A model generated the notes under the pieces. It was not told where the DNA came from, did not search any database, and worked only from the letters and a program-made list of their open reading frames with translations. DNA of 64,000 nt from Bacteroidales bacterium (lineage in GTDB: Bacteria > Bacteroidota > Bacteroidia > Bacteroidales > UBA3824), in NCBI GenBank assembly GCA_017962175.1, contig JAGCVU010000248.1, forward strand, positions 2,514 to 66,513, given 5' to 3'. Every line of letters begins with the position of its first letter. Position 1 is the first letter of the stretch. The translations under genes were made by a program, and so were the position numbers. Of this stretch, positions 1 to 9,240 are shown piece after piece.

Positions 1-291
1 GAACACAATTTTGGCACAATGAAAAGCGGATCCGACATCAGCTATTCGTTTGAGTTTGTCAACACAGGCAAAGAGCCTCTCGTAATTGCCAACGTGGCTA
101 CGTCGTGCGGCTGCACCACTCCCGAATGGAGCAAAGAACCCATTCCGAGCAAGGGCAGAGGCATTATCAAAGTTAAATACGACTCGTCGCGCATTGGTTC
201 ATTTTCTAAAACTATTTCGGTGTATTCCAACGCTAAAAACTCTCCGGTAGTGCTATCGATAAGAGGAAACGTGGAATACGTTAACAATTAA
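1..291 (+). CDS. DUF1573 domain-containing protein (5' end cut by window edge)
   Basis: The frame is open from base 1 (EHNFGT precedes the first Met). 'FEFVNTGKEPLVI' and 'SCGCTTPEW' are the characteristic NTG..PL and CGCT motifs of DUF1573. Confidence 0.75.
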   Translation, partial: EHNFGTMKSGSDISYSFEFVNTGKEPLVIANVATSCGCTTPEWSKEPIPSKGRGIIKVKYDSSRIGSFSKTISVYSNAKNSPVVLSIRGNVEYVNN

Positions 292-307
292 CAATCAAGA
301 ACTTATC

Positions 308-1513
308 ATGCCAAAAATATCGCAGACAGGTAAAATAATGCCTGCCTCTCCAATACGAAAACTTGTACCATTTTCAGAAAAAGCAAAACAAGAAGGAGTA
401 AAAGTATATCACTTAAATATCGGTCAACCCGACATTCACACGCCGGAACATGCTCTTGCCGTACTCAAAGAGTACAATGGCAAGGTGGTAGAATATTGCC
501 ATTCGGCGGGATTTGAATCATATCGTCGTGCTCTTGCCAAGCAATATGCAGGCATGGGCATCCACTTTAATTACAAACAAATAATGGTAACGTTCGGCGG
601 TAGCGAGGGACTCATCTACGTGCTAATGAGCACAATGGACCCCGGCGACGAGATTATTATTCCCGAACCTTACTATACCAACTACAACAGTTACGCCACT
701 ATGGCGGGCGCAAAGGTTGTGCCTATACAATCATCGTTTGAAGACGGCTTTGCACTTCCGCCCATTAGCGAGTTTGAGAAAAAAATTACTCCAAAAACTC
801 GTGCAATCCTTATTTCAAACCCCAACAACCCAACAGGTTACCTCTATTCTAAAGAGGAACTTCTGCAGATTAAAGACCTTGCACTCAAATACGATCTTTA
901 CATCATTGCCGACGAGGTTTACCGCGATTTTTGTTACGACGGTGCCAAACACTATTCGATGATGCAGATTGAAGGTTTGGAACAAAACACAATCTTAGTT
1001 GACAGCACATCAAAGCGTTACAGCGAATGTGGTATCCGCGTAGGTTTTGTGATTACCAAAAATCAAGAAGTATTAGATACATTGATGAAATTTGCACAAT
1101 CGCGTTTAAGTCCGCCGTATTTTGGACAGTTGGTGGGAATGGCATCAATAGATACTCCTGAATCGTACTTTACAGAAGTTAAAGAGGAATATGTTAAACG
1201 TCGCAATTGCCTTATCAACGGTCTCAACAAGATTCCAGGCGTAAGCAGCCCCATGCCCAAAGGTGCTTTTTACACAATCGCTCGATTGCCAATCGACGAT
1301 AGCGATAAATTCTGCCGTTGGATGTTAGAGACATTCCGTTATGAGAATCAGACAGTTATGATGGCACCTGCAGCTGGTTTCTACGCCACTCCGGGTCTTG
1401 GCAAAAACGAAGTTCGTCTTGCCTACGTTATCAATACCGACGACCTCAAAAAGGCTCTCAAATGTCTTGAAGAAGGATTGAAGGCTTATCCGGGCAACAC
1501 ATACGACAAATAA
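308..1513 (+). CDS. PLP-dependent aminotransferase, class I/II (aspartate/aromatic aminotransferase-like)
   Basis: 401 aa with an ATG start. 'SNPNNPTG' and 'STSKRYSECGIRVGF' (Schiff-base Lys context) are typical of fold-type I aminotransferases. Confidence 0.85.
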   Translation: MPKISQTGKIMPASPIRKLVPFSEKAKQEGVKVYHLNIGQPDIHTPEHALAVLKEYNGKVVEYCHSAGFESYRRALAKQYAGMGIHFNYKQIMVTFGGSEGLIYVLMSTMDPGDEIIIPEPYYTNYNSYATMAGAKVVPIQSSFEDGFALPPISEFEKKITPKTRAILISNPNNPTGYLYSKEELLQIKDLALKYDLYIIADEVYRDFCYDGAKHYSMMQIEGLEQNTILVDSTSKRYSECGIRVGFVITKNQEVLDTLMKFAQSRLSPPYFGQLVGMASIDTPESYFTEVKEEYVKRRNCLINGLNKIPGVSSPMPKGAFYTIARLPIDDSDKFCRWMLETFRYENQTVMMAPAAGFYATPGLGKNEVRLAYVINTDDLKKALKCLEEGLKAYPGNTYDK

Positions 1514-1530
1514 TCATAATATTACAAACA

Positions 1531-1566
1531 AAAAAAATCCACTGCCGAAACGACAGTGGATTTTTT
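1531..1566. terminator. bidirectional rho-independent terminator
   Basis: Stem tccactg (1538-1544) pairs with cagtgga (1554-1560). An A-run lies 5' and a T-run (1561-1566) lies 3'. It sits between convergent genes. Confidence 0.7.
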
Positions 1567-1585
1567 ATATAAAAATCATAAAACT

Positions 1586-1975
1586 CTAATTCAAAAGTCC
1601 GCGAGAGGCAAGTATTGTCAGAAGGGCAAATGTTACAAGGTTGCCAATAAGCGAACAGAAAAAGAATCTGAGGTTAGACACCTTGTTCGGACGATTACGG
1701 AAAAACACCACATCTATCACCCACTCAAACACTACCGCAAGAGCAAATGCGATTGTATACCAAGCGTAAAAGCCGAAACCAAGTTCGCCATTGCCAGCCG
1801 GAAGGAAAAAGCAGAAAAGCGTTGTAATAGCGTTTCCAACCAATACGGCAAAAAAGCCACGAAGGATATTGAGTTTGCGTTTCGCTACAAGTATCAGAAA
1901 CACAATGAATTCTAACAAAACCGCTCCTGCAAAAATATAGAGCGAATTGAAACTTAACGGAAGTATATTGTTCAT
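1586..1975 (-). CDS. hypothetical polytopic membrane protein
   Basis: The ORF has about 4 hydrophobic helices. The start is placed at the internal Met (MNNILPL); the ORF track extends to 2011. The opposite-strand ORF 1556-1915 is highly basic and looks spurious. Confidence 0.45.
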   Translation of the reverse strand: MNNILPLSFNSLYIFAGAVLLEFIVFLILVAKRKLNILRGFFAVLVGNAITTLFCFFLPAGNGELGFGFYAWYTIAFALAVVFEWVIDVVFFRNRPNKVSNLRFFFCSLIGNLVTFALLTILASRGLLN

Positions 1976-2059
1976 ATCAACTATTATTTTTGATGCAACA
2001 AATTTAAACAATAATTTAATTTATTACAAAAATAATAAAAAAAATATGAACAACAACCA

Positions 2060-2326
2060 CTATTTTCTTGAAAATTTTTGTTTCAACCTTTTAACGCCCT
2101 CAACGCCGAGAATGGTGATGCCCGAATATTGAAAAGTTTTGGCAAGTCCAAAAAATACAACCCACAAAACTGTCTTTGCCGATGGATTAAGAAAATCCAA
2201 ACCCATCTGGGCAAACGAAATTATATAAAAAGGAACGCATAATAACAGCACTATCACCCCTGTACGAAACGAAAGTGTCTTTAGTTTTTCCTTAATTGGT
2301 GAAATAATTTTACTAAATATACTCAT
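2060..2326 (-). CDS. small membrane protein (two TM helices; possibly a 'transporter suffix domain'-like protein)
   Basis: 88 aa with two hydrophobic helices and a basic C-terminus. The family assignment is from memory only. Confidence 0.4.
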   Translation of the reverse strand: MSIFSKIISPIKEKLKTLSFRTGVIVLLLCVPFYIISFAQMGLDFLNPSAKTVLWVVFFGLAKTFQYSGITILGVEGVKRLKQKFSRK

Positions 2327-2467
2327 AGCTAAATAACAATTTATTTCTGCAAAAGTAATGTTTTCAATCTAATACAAAGATAGTTTAATATTAAATAGTG
2401 TTCGATTTTGTAAATAGCTGTACCGAAAATAGCAAATATGTATCGCATACGATAGAAATAAACGGAA

Positions 2468-2501
2468 AACAAAAAACGGAAACTGAAAAATCAATTTCCG
2501 T
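2468..2501 (-). terminator. rho-independent terminator downstream of the BaxI-like gene
   Basis: acggaaa (2476-2482) pairs with tttccgt (2495-2501). On the minus strand it is followed by a U-run (plus-strand A-run 2470-2475). Confidence 0.65.
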
Positions 2502-2524
2502 CTTAATATAATGTTTAATCTCAA

Positions 2525-3271
2525 TTAGTTGCGACGCGACAAGAGGGCAATCAATCGAAGAATCTCAATATAGATCCAAACGATTGTAACCATCAGTCCG
2601 AAAGCGCAGTACCATTCCATATAACGGGGCGACTGCATCTCCACACCGTTGTCAATTTGATTGAAGTCTAAAACCAAGTTGAGAGCTGCCACACCCACTA
2701 TCACCAACTGCAATACGATTCCGAGCCAGCCAAGGTTGAAAACCGAAAGCTCAATTCCAGCAAAGCGGAGCAGAATGCTAACCAGATAGAACGCACCAAT
2801 ACCCAATGTAGCGAATACCAGCACCTTGGTAAACTTGGCAGAGGCTTTGAGAATGCCTGCGCGATAGCAGCCGAAAACAACAGCAACCACGCAAACCGTA
2901 GCCAGAATAGCCTGCATTACTATACCGTTGTAAGCAGCATTGAATATAGCCGACATAGCACCAAGGAACAATCCCTCGCAAAGTGCATAGATGGGAGCCA
3001 AAATGTGCGACTTGTCGGGTTTGAAACTTAGAATAATGGCGAGAACGAATCCGCCGATAGCTCCGCCGATAGCAAGAGGCGAAACTATGGCGTTGCCCAC
3101 CATAGCGAGTTTCCAAGTGGCAATTCCACTCAGAAGAACGAGCAGAAACAGAATTATGCTCTTATTAAGCGTGCCGTTGTAGGTCATTACACCATCTTCG
3201 GCATTGTTGGTAAGCGACTTTTCGAAAATTTTTTCCGAAAAAGTCGGATTTGAAGATTTAGATAAATTCAT
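2525..3271 (-). CDS. Bax inhibitor-1/YccA-like membrane protein (BaxI_1 type)
   Basis: 248 aa. It has the N-terminal 'SSNPTFSE' motif followed by about 6-7 TM helices, as in the bacterial BaxI_1 family. Confidence 0.65.
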   Translation of the reverse strand: MNLSKSSNPTFSEKIFEKSLTNNAEDGVMTYNGTLNKSIILFLLVLLSGIATWKLAMVGNAIVSPLAIGGAIGGFVLAIILSFKPDKSHILAPIYALCEGLFLGAMSAIFNAAYNGIVMQAILATVCVVAVVFGCYRAGILKASAKFTKVLVFATLGIGAFYLVSILLRFAGIELSVFNLGWLGIVLQLVIVGVAALNLVLDFNQIDNGVEMQSPRYMEWYCAFGLMVTIVWIYIEILRLIALLSRRN

Positions 3272-3288
3272 AATAATAGGGGTATTTA

Positions 3289-3846
3289 TTAGTTTAATTT
3301 TACTTTATATGTATGCTCAAACTTGCCTTTTGATATATTGGCAAGCTTATTTTTTATCAATTTGCGACGAAGCAAACCTACCTTGTCGGTAAAAATCACA
3401 CCTTCAAGATGGTCGTATTCGTGCTGAAAAACCCTTGCAGTTGGTCCAGTGAGAGTTTCTTCGTGAAGATTGAAATCCTCGTCGTAGTATTTCACCTTAA
3501 CACCATCGGGACGGGTAACATCCTCGTGCAAACCGGGAACGCTCAAGCATCCCTCATTGTAACCCACATTGTTGCCAAAATATTCCACAATCTCAGGATT
3601 GATACAAGCGTGGATAAAGTTTTTGGTGAATGTGTCTTTTTCATCGTCGGTCATCGGCGAAGCGTCAACTACAAAAAGACGGAGCGAAAGTCCCACTTGA
3701 GGAGCAGCAAGTCCAACACCTTCAGATTTTCGCATGGTCTCAAACATATTGTCGATAAGTTCTTTTAAATTCGGATAATCTTTTGATACAGGTTCTGCCT
3801 TTTTTCGCAAAACAGGATTTCCGATAATCGTAATAGGTAAAATCAT
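3289..3846 (-). CDS. def: peptide deformylase
   Basis: All three deformylase motifs are present: 'GVGLAAPQVG', 'EGCLSVPG' and 'QHEYDHLEG'. Confidence 0.95.
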   Translation of the reverse strand: MILPITIIGNPVLRKKAEPVSKDYPNLKELIDNMFETMRKSEGVGLAAPQVGLSLRLFVVDASPMTDDEKDTFTKNFIHACINPEIVEYFGNNVGYNEGCLSVPGLHEDVTRPDGVKVKYYDEDFNLHEETLTGPTARVFQHEYDHLEGVIFTDKVGLLRRKLIKNKLANISKGKFEHTYKVKLN

Positions 3847-3872
3847 ATTTTAAAAAATTAATACTCAGTTAA

Positions 3873-4289
3873 TTATAGAGGGTGTTCGTCCATCCATCCT
3901 TGTAATATAAAAGCCGCCGCCATACGGTCAACATTGCCTTTGGTGCTACGATATTTACGTTTAAAACCTCCGGCAATCATTGCTGATTCTGCCATTCTTG
4001 AAGTATACTGTTCGTCGTAAAAATCGATAGGCAACTCAGGGAAAAGTTTTTTTAAATTGTCAACAAAGCGGATAATACTCTGCACCACAGGATTTTCGTG
4101 TCCTTCGGGATTAACAGGATATCCCACAACTACTCGCTCCACCTTTTGCGATACAATGTAATTTTTAAGATAAGGCATGAGCACTGTCGTGGCCACGGTT
4201 TCAAGCGGTGAGGATATAATTTTTGAAGGGTCGGTAACTGCCAACCCAGTGCGCACCTTGCCGTAGTCTATTGCCAATATTCTTCCCAT
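3873..4289 (-). CDS. ruvX: Holliday junction resolvase-like protein RuvX (YqgF)
   Basis: 138 aa. The N-terminus 'ILAIDYGKVRTGLAV' and the protein size match the YqgF/RuvX family. Confidence 0.85.
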   Translation of the reverse strand: MGRILAIDYGKVRTGLAVTDPSKIISSPLETVATTVLMPYLKNYIVSQKVERVVVGYPVNPEGHENPVVQSIIRFVDNLKKLFPELPIDFYDEQYTSRMAESAMIAGGFKRKYRSTKGNVDRMAAAFILQGWMDEHPL

Positions 4290-4376
4290 TTAGTATAACG
4301 GTTGTTTCAACTTTTTTACAAAAATAGGAGTTGCAAACGAGAAAAACAAAATTTTTACAAAATTTAATAAATATCG

Positions 4377-4408
4377 CTTGACAAAATCAATATGCTTTTC
4401 TAACTTTG
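4377..4408 (+). promoter_or_regulatory. candidate Bacteroidota sigma-A promoter for mdh
   Basis: The -7 box TAacTTTG lies at 4401-4408. An imperfect -33 (cTTG, 4377-4380) lies 20 nt upstream. The ATG is at 4463. Confidence 0.5.
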
Positions 4409-4462
4409 CACTAAAATAAAAGCACAACCGAAGTATATAATTAATTACACATAATAACAATT

Positions 4463-5404
4463 ATGGAAAAAATTACAGTTATCGGCGCAGGAAATGTAGG
4501 CGCCACATGTGCAGACGCAATTGCACGCAGAGATTTAGCCAACGAAGTGGTATTGCTCGACATCAAACCCAACCTCGCAGAAGGCAAAGCATTGGATATC
4601 TGGCAGACATCGGCTCTTGCTGGTTTCAACCACAAGATCACCGGTATCACCAACGACTATTCTAAAACAGCCGGATCTGGCGTAATCGTTATCACCTCTG
4701 GTATTCCCCGCAAACCCGGAATGAGCCGCGAAGACCTTATCGGCACCAACGCAGGCATCGTTAAGGACGTTACCAAAAAAGCTATCGAGGCTTCGCCCAA
4801 CGCCATCATCATCATCGTTTCCAACCCATTGGACGCTATGACATACGTGGCTTACAAAACAGCCAAAACACTTTCAAACAAAGTTTTCGGTATGGCAGGA
4901 ACTCTCGACACCGCTCGTTACAAAGCATTCCTTGCTGACGAAATCGGCGTTACTCCCCTCGACATCCAAGGTCTTCTCCTCGGCGGTCACGGCGACACAA
5001 TGGTTCCCCTACCTCGCTACACCACAGTAGGCGGTATTCCTGTTACCGACCTCGTAGCTAAAGACAAACTCGAGGCTATCATCGAACGCACAAAGAAAGG
5101 CGGCGGCGAACTCACCAACCTCCTCGGCACTTCTGCTTGGTACGCTCCCGGCACATCGGCTGCTTACATGGTTGAAGCCATCGTTAAGAACCAGAAACGT
5201 GTTGTTCCCGTTTGTGCATACCTCAACGGCGAATACGGCTACAAAGATATGTACCTCGGCGTTCCCGTTGTACTTGGTGCCAACGGCGTTGAAAAAATCA
5301 TCGAACTCAACCTCAACAGCGAAGAGAAAGCTCTTCTCGACGCTTCGGCTGCAGCTGTTAAGAAAACTCTCGATGATTTGAAAAACATCGTTACATTCGA
5401 CTAA
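4463..5404 (+). CDS. mdh: malate dehydrogenase (LDH-like MDH family)
   Basis: 313 aa. It has the 'VIGAGNVGATCA' Rossmann motif, 'GGHGDTMVP' with the catalytic His, and an Arg-rich substrate loop 'IPRKPGMSR'. Confidence 0.93.
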   Translation: MEKITVIGAGNVGATCADAIARRDLANEVVLLDIKPNLAEGKALDIWQTSALAGFNHKITGITNDYSKTAGSGVIVITSGIPRKPGMSREDLIGTNAGIVKDVTKKAIEASPNAIIIIVSNPLDAMTYVAYKTAKTLSNKVFGMAGTLDTARYKAFLADEIGVTPLDIQGLLLGGHGDTMVPLPRYTTVGGIPVTDLVAKDKLEAIIERTKKGGGELTNLLGTSAWYAPGTSAAYMVEAIVKNQKRVVPVCAYLNGEYGYKDMYLGVPVVLGANGVEKIIELNLNSEEKALLDASAAAVKKTLDDLKNIVTFD

Positions 5405-5430
5405 CAGACAATTAAACTGTTAAAATTATA

Positions 5431-5459
5431 GGCGGGTGTATTTACATCCGCCTTTTTTA
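5431..5459 (+). terminator. rho-independent terminator after mdh
   Basis: ggcgggtgt/acatccgcc forms a 9-bp stem (one G-U pair) with a 4-nt loop, followed by TTTTTT (5453-5458). Confidence 0.8.
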
Positions 5460-5540
5460 TTAGTATAATACCACTACAGCCCAATAAAACAAATTCACAT
5501 AATCAGCGTTAAATATTTGGTACACATTATATATATAATA

Positions 5541-8500
5541 ATGAAACTCAAATCACTCTTACTAATAACCTCGATAATAATCTGCTCACAAGTTAACGCG
5601 CAGAAAATTAATCTATTACCAGAAGAAGAAACCACATCGGTAAACATTTCGGGCGGTGTTGGATATGCTCAAATACGCATTCCGTACATCAATATAGTGC
5701 GAAACAAAACCGACAATGGCACATTCAACGTTATCTCCTCTCCTATTTTAACCACAACTTTTGGCAACGGAGAACCAATGTTGCCACAATACAATAAAAT
5801 ATTAGAATTTGAGAAATCAGGCGATTATATTTTTACTATCACCAAAAAAGATTCTACCATAATCTACCTCAACAAAACATCGTACGGCTACCCGTTGATG
5901 CCGGCACAAAAACCAACAATCAACGGCGCAAACTCCCAAGATAAACAATTGATAATCAATCAAAATATTTATGCAAAAGATACACTTTCGCATCAACTAT
6001 CGGTAAATCTTACCAACTTAGGCAACATGCGCGACCAATTTCTTGTTAGGTTAAACATTGTTCCGTTCAACTACAATCCGGCAAAAAATCAACTCGTAAT
6101 ATACCATACCATTGATATAAAGATTTATAACAAAAATCAATCTCTCAAAAAATCTTCACAAGGCGAAGTAATCAAAAGTAATTCAAATACTTATCTGATA
6201 ATCACCCACCCAAAATACCAAAATAGCGTAAAACAGTTTGCAGCATGGAAAACAATGCAGGGTTACAAAGTTAAAACCGCATACGTAACTGTGGATGTTT
6301 CAAACACTTGCGACGATATCAAAACCTATATCAAAAATTTTTACAACAACCCTCCAACCGGCTATCAAAAACCGCAATATGTGCTCTTTGCAGCCGACGA
6401 AAAGGCAGTACCGTCGTTTGAAGGTCGTCAGTCATACCCCGAAGTGGTACCCGACATTGTGCAGCAAACCGACCTTTATTACTGTGATATCGATGGCAAT
6501 AGTCTGCCCGAAATTATGTACGGAAGATTGAGTGCTACCGACAATGAATCTATGCAAAATATTGTGGACAAGATTGTTGCTTATGAAAAAACTGAATTTG
6601 CCGACCCAGACTTTCTTAATCGTATGATTTTTATTTCAGGAGTAGACAATCCTAACGCAAAGATTTTCAGCAACACATCGTTGAAATACATTGTAAACAA
6701 CTATGCCAACACAACCAACGGAATCACCACAAAATTATATCCTTACAATGAAAATTACGGCGTAATGGATTGCGCCAACTCGGGTGCTGCTGCGTCTATT
6801 TTGCAAGAAATCACCAATGGTGCGGGTCTTGTATTCTACCACGGGCACGGCAATCCATATAGTTGGGACAAGCCAGAAATCACCTACGACGACATCGACA
6901 ATATGAACGAATGTGAAACAGGATTTTGGATTGCAAATTGCTGTCTCACAAGTAAATATCACGCCGACAATTGCTTTGCCGAATCGGTAATTCGAAAACC
7001 CAAAGGCGGCGCAGTTGGTTATATAGGTGCAGCCAACGAAACAATCTGGCAATACGATTTTATATGGTTGATTGGCAGCATGTTGGGCAACGATGTTAGC
7101 GATCAATATTCACAATCAAACAGCGGTGCCGTGGATGCCCTCTACCACACAAAAACCAACGAATCAAGTATCGACAACCAATACATCACCGCCGCACAAA
7201 TCCTAAACAGAGGCAATCTGGCGGTAACTCAATGTAATCAAATAGGCTACAAATATTATTGGGAGGTTTTCAATCTTATGGGCGATCCCTCAATGCTGGT
7301 GCATTGGAAAAAACCTGAAGCAAACCACGTGGAATATTATCCCAAAACATTGAGCGCCGGAAACACAATGCTAACGGTTGAAACTTCGCCATACTCACTC
7401 GTAGCACTATCGCAAAACGATATTCTAATAGCATCAGCATACACCGACAACGACGGTACTGCTATGCTTCAATTTTCTGCCGACAAACTGAAGGCAGGCG
7501 AAGCTACTCTTGTGGTAACTGCTCAAAACAAAGCCACTTACATCGAAACTCTCACAATAAACGATGCACAAACAATCACACTGGGAATCACCGCGTGCAA
7601 GTTTAGCAAGTTGCCAGCCAACAATGATTCTGCATACATTTCGTTCGACATTAAAAACTTAACTACACAGCAATCCTCTGAATTTCAGGCAACAAACATC
7701 AACATAGATTTAGCAACAACCAATCCCGACATAGAGATTATTAAACAATCAACCACAATTGACAATCTTGACCCTCAAGATACCAAAACACTCGAAAACG
7801 CATTCAAAATCAAATTCAGCAAAAACTATCCGCACAACACCAACGCCAAATTGCTCATAACACTAACCTACAACACAAACTTAGAGCAACAATACCTCAT
7901 TAACACAGCAGTTGCCACACCGATGATAGAGTTTAAATTCAACTCAATCAGCGACAAGGGAAATCAATTTGAAATTGTAGGCACTCCCGAAACTCAAATC
8001 GATTTCAACCAATTATACGAATATAGTATTTCTACTACCACAGCCGCCAACATCAATCAAATATTAGAAGGCGGCGAAGAGGCAACTCTATCGTTTAACA
8101 TTAGCAACACAGGCAAAGTGGCAATCAAAACAGCCACAGCCAAACTCACAAGCAGCCACAAAGGAATTTCGATAACCAATCAAACCCTGTTGATCAACAA
8201 CTTAGGCGGTGGTAAAAACGTCAATCTCGATTATGCTGTAAAATTATCAGACACATACCAAACTTCTGAAAATGTTGATTTTACACTTACCATAGATTAC
8301 GACGGATATCCTGCCACTTTCACTAAACAACTGACAATCAATGCTGAAGTAGAAGATTTTGAACACATCGGCGAATTACCCGAACCAATCACAATTCTAT
8401 CACGTCGTCCGTGGGTAATAAGCGAAAACAATCCATATTCGGGCAAATATTGTTTTGAAAGTGCCGACATTTCAAACCAAAGCCAATCATATTTTAAAAT

Positions 8501-9230
8501 TGATGTCTATTTGCCACAAAACGACACCATAAAATTCTATGTAAAAACATCTTGCGAAGAAAACAATGCACTCAACGACATTTATTACGACCATCTTGAG
8601 TTTGCTATCGACGGCAACGTACAACAAAAATGGGCAGGTATAACACCGTGGACCGAAATTAAAATGCCTTTAACTGCCGGTCAACACACTCTCAAATGGC
8701 TATATTTCAAAGACGAAACTACTTCAGAAAACGAAGATAAGGCGTGGGTTGACGAAATTACTTTTCCGCCGTGCAGTTATGTCAACACCGACAACTCGCC
8801 AAAATTTTCTGCCCACCTACCTCAATGGCTTAGCATTGACACCAACAACGATGGAACTGCCAAAATTTCAGGCAATTCGCCCAACTACTATTCATACGAT
8901 TCGGTGTACGTTAACGTTAGGTACAAAAACCAAACACAAACACAGAAATTTGCAATCACCACAGGCAGTGACGAAAACAAAGGATCTGCCGACGATATGG
9001 TGAGAATATACCCCATACCTGCCACCGATTTTTGTTACATTAGTATAAACGGATTGCTCAAATACAACACTTTGCGTTTGTTTGATGCCAACGGCAAAAA
9101 GGCATTGCAACAAGACATCAAATCAAATCTTATTCAACTGTATGTAAGCAACCTTAAATCAGGAGTTTACATTCTTGAACTCAAAGGCGAATCTGGCAAA
9201 ATCCGACGCAGAATAGCAGTTTTGAAATAG
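5541..9230 (+). CDS. peptidase C25 (gingipain-family cysteine peptidase) with T9SS C-terminal sorting domain
   Basis: The start is placed at the ATG (MKLKSLLL signal peptide); the ORF track starts at a TTG at 5517. 'FYHGHGNPYSWD' (His) and 'WIANCCLTSKY' (Cys) fit the C25 dyad. The C-terminal 'VRIYPIPATDFCYI...GVYILELKGESGKIRRRIAVLK' is a type-A T9SS CTD. Confidence 0.85.
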   Translation: MKLKSLLLITSIIICSQVNAQKINLLPEEETTSVNISGGVGYAQIRIPYINIVRNKTDNGTFNVISSPILTTTFGNGEPMLPQYNKILEFEKSGDYIFTITKKDSTIIYLNKTSYGYPLMPAQKPTINGANSQDKQLIINQNIYAKDTLSHQLSVNLTNLGNMRDQFLVRLNIVPFNYNPAKNQLVIYHTIDIKIYNKNQSLKKSSQGEVIKSNSNTYLIITHPKYQNSVKQFAAWKTMQGYKVKTAYVTVDVSNTCDDIKTYIKNFYNNPPTGYQKPQYVLFAADEKAVPSFEGRQSYPEVVPDIVQQTDLYYCDIDGNSLPEIMYGRLSATDNESMQNIVDKIVAYEKTEFADPDFLNRMIFISGVDNPNAKIFSNTSLKYIVNNYANTTNGITTKLYPYNENYGVMDCANSGAAASILQEITNGAGLVFYHGHGNPYSWDKPEITYDDIDNMNECETGFWIANCCLTSKYHADNCFAESVIRKPKGGAVGYIGAANETIWQYDFIWLIGSMLGNDVSDQYSQSNSGAVDALYHTKTNESSIDNQYITAAQILNRGNLAVTQCNQIGYKYYWEVFNLMGDPSMLVHWKKPEANHVEYYPKTLSAGNTMLTVETSPYSLVALSQNDILIASAYTDNDGTAMLQFSADKLKAGEATLVVTAQNKATYIETLTINDAQTITLGITACKFSKLPANNDSAYISFDIKNLTTQQSSEFQATNINIDLATTNPDIEIIKQSTTIDNLDPQDTKTLENAFKIKFSKNYPHNTNAKLLITLTYNTNLEQQYLINTAVATPMIEFKFNSISDKGNQFEIVGTPETQIDFNQLYEYSISTTTAANINQILEGGEEATLSFNISNTGKVAIKTATAKLTSSHKGISITNQTLLINNLGGGKNVNLDYAVKLSDTYQTSENVDFTLTIDYDGYPATFTKQLTINAEVEDFEHIGELPEPITILSRRPWVISENNPYSGKYCFESADISNQSQSYFKIDVYLPQNDTIKFYVKTSCEENNALNDIYYDHLEFAIDGNVQQKWAGITPWTEIKMPLTAGQHTLKWLYFKDETTSENEDKAWVDEITFPPCSYVNTDNSPKFSAHLPQWLSIDTNNDGTAKISGNSPNYYSYDSVYVNVRYKNQTQTQKFAITTGSDENKGSADDMVRIYPIPATDFCYISINGLLKYNTLRLFDANGKKALQQDIKSNLIQLYVSNLKSGVYILELKGESGKIRRRIAVLK

Positions 9231-9240
9231 GGCTTCACTC

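Noticed and set aside
1556-1915. 119-aa highly basic plus-strand ORF starting inside the terminator hairpin.
   Set aside because: Its start lies within the terminator stem. The composition is Lys/Arg/His-rich with no motifs. The opposite strand encodes a coherent multi-helix membrane protein.
5517-5540. Upstream TTG/GTG start extensions in the ORF track, here and at 11203-11241, 14125-14160, 35945-35977, 38706-38729, 39485-39511 and 47961-48014.
   Set aside because: In each case a nearby in-frame ATG gives a canonical N-terminus (a signal peptide, or a conserved start such as PurB MELTELTAISPVDGRY), while the extension adds non-conserved residues. Exceptions: the TTG start at 22986 and the GTG start at 37360 were kept, because no suitable ATG exists and the spacing to the upstream stop fits translational coupling.
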